DNA from: an uncultured Bacteroidota bacterium
GTDB taxonomy: Bacteria; Bacteroidota; Bacteroidia; Chitinophagales; Chitinophagaceae
Direction of reading: 5' to 3'
Assembly (NCBI GenBank): GCA_963745445.1
Contig: CAVUXD010000004.1
Location: forward strand, 33,663 to 97,662
Length of the DNA stretch: 64,000 bases
The translations under genes were made by a program, and so were the position numbers. A model generated the notes under the pieces. That model saw only the letters and a list, made by a program, of their open reading frames with translations. It was not told where the DNA came from and searched no databases. The number at the start of each line of letters is the position of its first letter. The first letter of the stretch is position 1. This document shows, one piece after another, positions 61,202 to 64,000 of the stretch.

Positions 61202-62713
61202 TCATTGCTGCTTCAATTGGAGAAAAGCCCCGCTAAGATTTTCCGTAATATCTCCTGCAATCATTGCTTCCTCTGATATTTTTTTTGCAGCAATATCCCC
61301 GGCTAATCCATGCAAATACACCCCCAATATTGCTGCATCAGCAGAATTGTAACCCTGAGCTATAAGACCGGTCAAAATTCCTGTCAATACATCACCGCTG
61401 CCGGCAGTGGCCATACCTGCATTTCCGGTACTATTAAAATAACCCTTGCCGAAAGGAGTTGCGATAAATGTATAATGGCCTTTCAGGACAATCACACAGT
61501 TTAATGAAGAAGCATTATCTAATGCTTTGTAAATTCTTTCAAAATCATTATCACATTCACCAAACAATCTTTCAAATTCTTTGGGATGAGGGGTAAGGAT
61601 CGATCGAATTGGGATGGAGGAAAACAGGTCTTTTTCCAGGGAAATACAATTCAATCCATCAGCATCAATAATCATTGGCTTTTTATATTGCTGAAATAAA
61701 TTTTTTAAAGCAGCCCTTGTTTCTGTCGCTGTTCCAATGCCCGGCCCGACCCCGATCACATTAAATTTTGAAATATCTTCTTCAACTTTAGTGATGAATG
61801 AAGAATTGAAATCAGTAAATACCATCGCTTCGGGCAATGCAGTTTGCAAAATCTCATAGCCGCATTTGGGAATATGACAGGTAACCAATCCCACACCACT
61901 GCGCAGACAAGCTTTTGAAGATAATATCGCTGCACCCATCTTACCATAACTTCCGACTACGAATAAAGCATGACCGAAATTTCCTTTATGAGTAAAAGAG
62001 TTTCTTCTTTTATAAATAGAATGAACAAGATCTTCATCTATTAATTCCCATACAGTTGTAATTGCCGATAGGAATTCTGATTTTAAGCCAATGTCGATGA
62101 TATGAACATTTCCAATGTACTCAGCGTTTTCTGCCATCAGGAATGCAGGCTTATAAGATTGAATGCTTAAAGTATGTGTAGCCTTGATAACCGCATTTCC
62201 ATTTGAAGAATTATCTACAAATAAACCACTGGGAATATCTATTGCAATGATCTCACAACCGGAATGATTGATGTGTTCTGCCAGTTTTGCATTGATGCCT
62301 TCCAATGAACGGCTGAGCCCGGAGCCAAACAAAGCATCGATAATTATGGCATCGGTAGTAAGAATTGGAAAATTAGTTTCATTTTGTATGAAGTGAATGT
62401 CTTTATGTGAAGATTGCTGCAGCCGGGTCAGGTTGATCTGAAAATCATCAGAGCCCTTATGACCTGATTCTAAAATATAAACTGTAACAATACTTTTCTG
62501 TTCTGTCAACAGTCGGGCTATAGCCAATCCATCTCCGCCATTGTTTCCTTTACCGCAAAAAATAGCGAAATGTTTTCCGGAATAAAGATGTTGCTCTATC
62601 CATTCTACACATTTACCTGCAGCCCTTTCCATCAGATCGATGGAAGCAATCGGCTCATGCTGAATAGTGTATTGATCCCATTCCCGGGTCTGGCTGGCAG
62701 AAAGTATTTTCAT
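61202..62713 (-). CDS. nnr: bifunctional NAD(P)H-hydrate repair enzyme (epimerase + ADP-dependent dehydratase)
   Basis: The start is at MKILSASQTREWDQY (codon 70 of the track ORF). The YjeF_N part has CGKGNNGGDGLAIAR. The C-terminal kinase-fold part has GVGPGIG and GNAGMATAGSGDVLTG. Confidence 0.9.
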   Translation of the reverse strand: MKILSASQTREWDQYTIQHEPIASIDLMERAAGKCVEWIEQHLYSGKHFAIFCGKGNNGGDGLAIARLLTEQKSIVTVYILESGHKGSDDFQINLTRLQQSSHKDIHFIQNETNFPILTTDAIIIDALFGSGLSRSLEGINAKLAEHINHSGCEIIAIDIPSGLFVDNSSNGNAVIKATHTLSIQSYKPAFLMAENAEYIGNVHIIDIGLKSEFLSAITTVWELIDEDLVHSIYKRRNSFTHKGNFGHALFVVGSYGKMGAAILSSKACLRSGVGLVTCHIPKCGYEILQTALPEAMVFTDFNSSFITKVEEDISKFNVIGVGPGIGTATETRAALKNLFQQYKKPMIIDADGLNCISLEKDLFSSIPIRSILTPHPKEFERLFGECDNDFERIYKALDNASSLNCVIVLKGHYTFIATPFGKGYFNSTGNAGMATAGSGDVLTGILTGLIAQGYNSADAAILGVYLHGLAGDIAAKKISEEAMIAGDITENLSGAFLQLKQQ

Positions 62714-62753
62714 TGACCCTAAAGTTGAGAAACAATTTGGAAAAAAGGGATGA

Positions 62754-64000
62754 TCAGCGTCTTTGTTTTTTAACTTGAAGTCTTTTGCGAACAGTTTTGC
62801 TTTTATGAACAGGGACAGTTTTTGTTTGCTTTGCCTGGTCCTGGTCATCCAGGTCTTCTTCTTCATGATCTGGCTCGGCAAAGTAATCACCAAACAGGTC
62901 ATAGGACAATCGGGCTGCATAATAGATCATCTTGGTAAACCGGTTGCCGAGAATAATGATCGTCACTTTTTCATCTTCCAATCTTGCAAATGCGGCATTG
63001 AAACCATGCCAGCGTCCAAAATGATAGATCACTTTCTTTCCGTTAGGAGCGAAGAGCAGCCGGAAACCCAATCCATAATTATGTATTGATACAATCCGCT
63101 TAGACTTTTGTTGTGACCCGAATTGCTGTGGAGTAAATGCAGAATCCAGTAATGAAGGATTGATGAGTTTTCCATTAAACAATGCCTCGCTCCAGCGAAA
63201 CAGGTCACGGGGAGTGGAGTAAATGTTTTTATCGCCATAAGTCCATTCCAAAAAATCATTTTGCCATAAACGATTGTTATAATTAAAAGATGGGGTAGCT
63301 GTGGCAGAATCGCCGGGTGTGAAAACATAAGTATGATCCATTTGCAGCGGCTCAAAAAAATGTTCTTTCATGTACTCAGGATATTTTTCCCCGCTGAGCT
63401 TTTCAATAATCAATGCTAACAAAACAAAATTAGTATTGCTGTATCCATAGCGGGAGCCGGGAGTGAAATACGCTTTTGGTTGTTTCGAATACAGAATATC
63501 CAACACGTCCTGGTTGGTTACCTTTTTAGTTTTGTCCCAAATGCTGTCGGTAATAAAATAAAGATAATTAGGCAGACCGCTGTGATGGCTGAGCAGCATT
63601 CTCACAGTAATTCCGCTATAAGGAAATTCAGGGAAAAACTTTTGCAGGCTGTCTTCTAAAGAAAGTTTTCCATCCTGGATCATCTGCAAGATTGCAACTG
63701 CTGTCAATGTTTTCCCGGTGGAAGCAAGATGCAAAGCCGTATTTTCATTAATGGAATCTTTTTTTCTCAGGTCAATTTTTCCAAAATATTTTTCATAAAC
63801 AATAGTATCGTTCTGAGCAATGAGTATGCTGCCGTTAAATCCTTTTGTCAATAATTTGTCTTGCATGTAAGAACTCATTTTCTCATAAAGTGGCCCTGAA
63901 TGAAGCACGACGATGGGAAGTACTGTCTTTGTTTTATTTTTTTTAGACAGAGCGTCATTGCAACTACAAACAATCGTCAGTAAGCTGATTAAAATGAAAT
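62754..64000 (-). CDS. serine hydrolase (beta-lactamase / PBP4*-type) lipoprotein; the 5' end runs off the right edge
   Basis: It has ASTGK (SxxK) and YGYSNTNF (YxN). The frame stays open upstream of the track start (63908) to base 64000, reading ..FILISLLTIVCSCNDALSKKNKTKTVLPIVV.., a lipoprotein signal. The true start is therefore just outside the window. Confidence 0.85.
   Translation of the reverse strand, partial: FILISLLTIVCSCNDALSKKNKTKTVLPIVVLHSGPLYEKMSSYMQDKLLTKGFNGSILIAQNDTIVYEKYFGKIDLRKKDSINENTALHLASTGKTLTAVAILQMIQDGKLSLEDSLQKFFPEFPYSGITVRMLLSHHSGLPNYLYFITDSIWDKTKKVTNQDVLDILYSKQPKAYFTPGSRYGYSNTNFVLLALIIEKLSGEKYPEYMKEHFFEPLQMDHTYVFTPGDSATATPSFNYNNRLWQNDFLEWTYGDKNIYSTPRDLFRWSEALFNGKLINPSLLDSAFTPQQFGSQQKSKRIVSIHNYGLGFRLLFAPNGKKVIYHFGRWHGFNAAFARLEDEKVTIIILGNRFTKMIYYAARLSYDLFGDYFAEPDHEEEDLDDQDQAKQTKTVPVHKSKTVRKRLQVKKQRR

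Overview
The window reads as a chromosomal segment of a Bacteroidota genome, probably Chitinophagia/Sphingobacteriia-like. Supporting signs are a GLPGLI protein next to a CarboxypepD_reg outer-membrane barrel, DUF6089, DUF3857, lipoprotein-rich content, TAnnTTTG promoter boxes and no Shine-Dalgarno sites. It is AT-rich; overall GC was not computed.

Gene content:
- Glycogen/maltodextrin locus: glgA, glgC, a sugar symporter, a GH13 amylase and glgB, with malQ about 18 kb away.
- Housekeeping genes: argS, dnaK, hppA, a UbiD-family decarboxylase, lgt and nnr.
- Phosphate scavenging: a Tat-dependent phospholipase C and an e(P4) acid phosphatase.
- Many exported proteins of unknown function.

No rRNA, tRNA, CRISPR array, integrase, transposase or phage structural gene was recognised.

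Main observations:
1. Many of the most conserved genes are broken by numerous +/-1 indels, while multi-kb blocks between them are perfectly intact. This patchy pattern looks more like consensus or assembly error than real decay. Broken genes are listed as type 'pseudogene', meaning only that the reading frame is disrupted as given.
2. The best candidate for an undescribed system is a low-GC two-gene islet at 46936-48241. It encodes a HEPN-like (RNRRGVGH) plus winged-helix protein and a small wHTH partner, a possible toxin/antitoxin or defence module.
3. The stretch 48.2-52.4 kb is an accessory mosaic of small unrelated genes separated by several families of structured repeats, including a 7 x 42-bp phased tandem array.
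4. Other items: a DUF559 gene with two MITE-like palindromic elements inside a duplicated terminator sequence; a 145-nt repeat with a covarying hairpin flanking the e(P4)-lgt pair; heptanucleotide simple-sequence tracts and hairpins; and a conserved but uncharacterised thioredoxin-ApbE-DUF4266-DUF3570 operon.

Family names come from motif recognition by eye. No database search was run.
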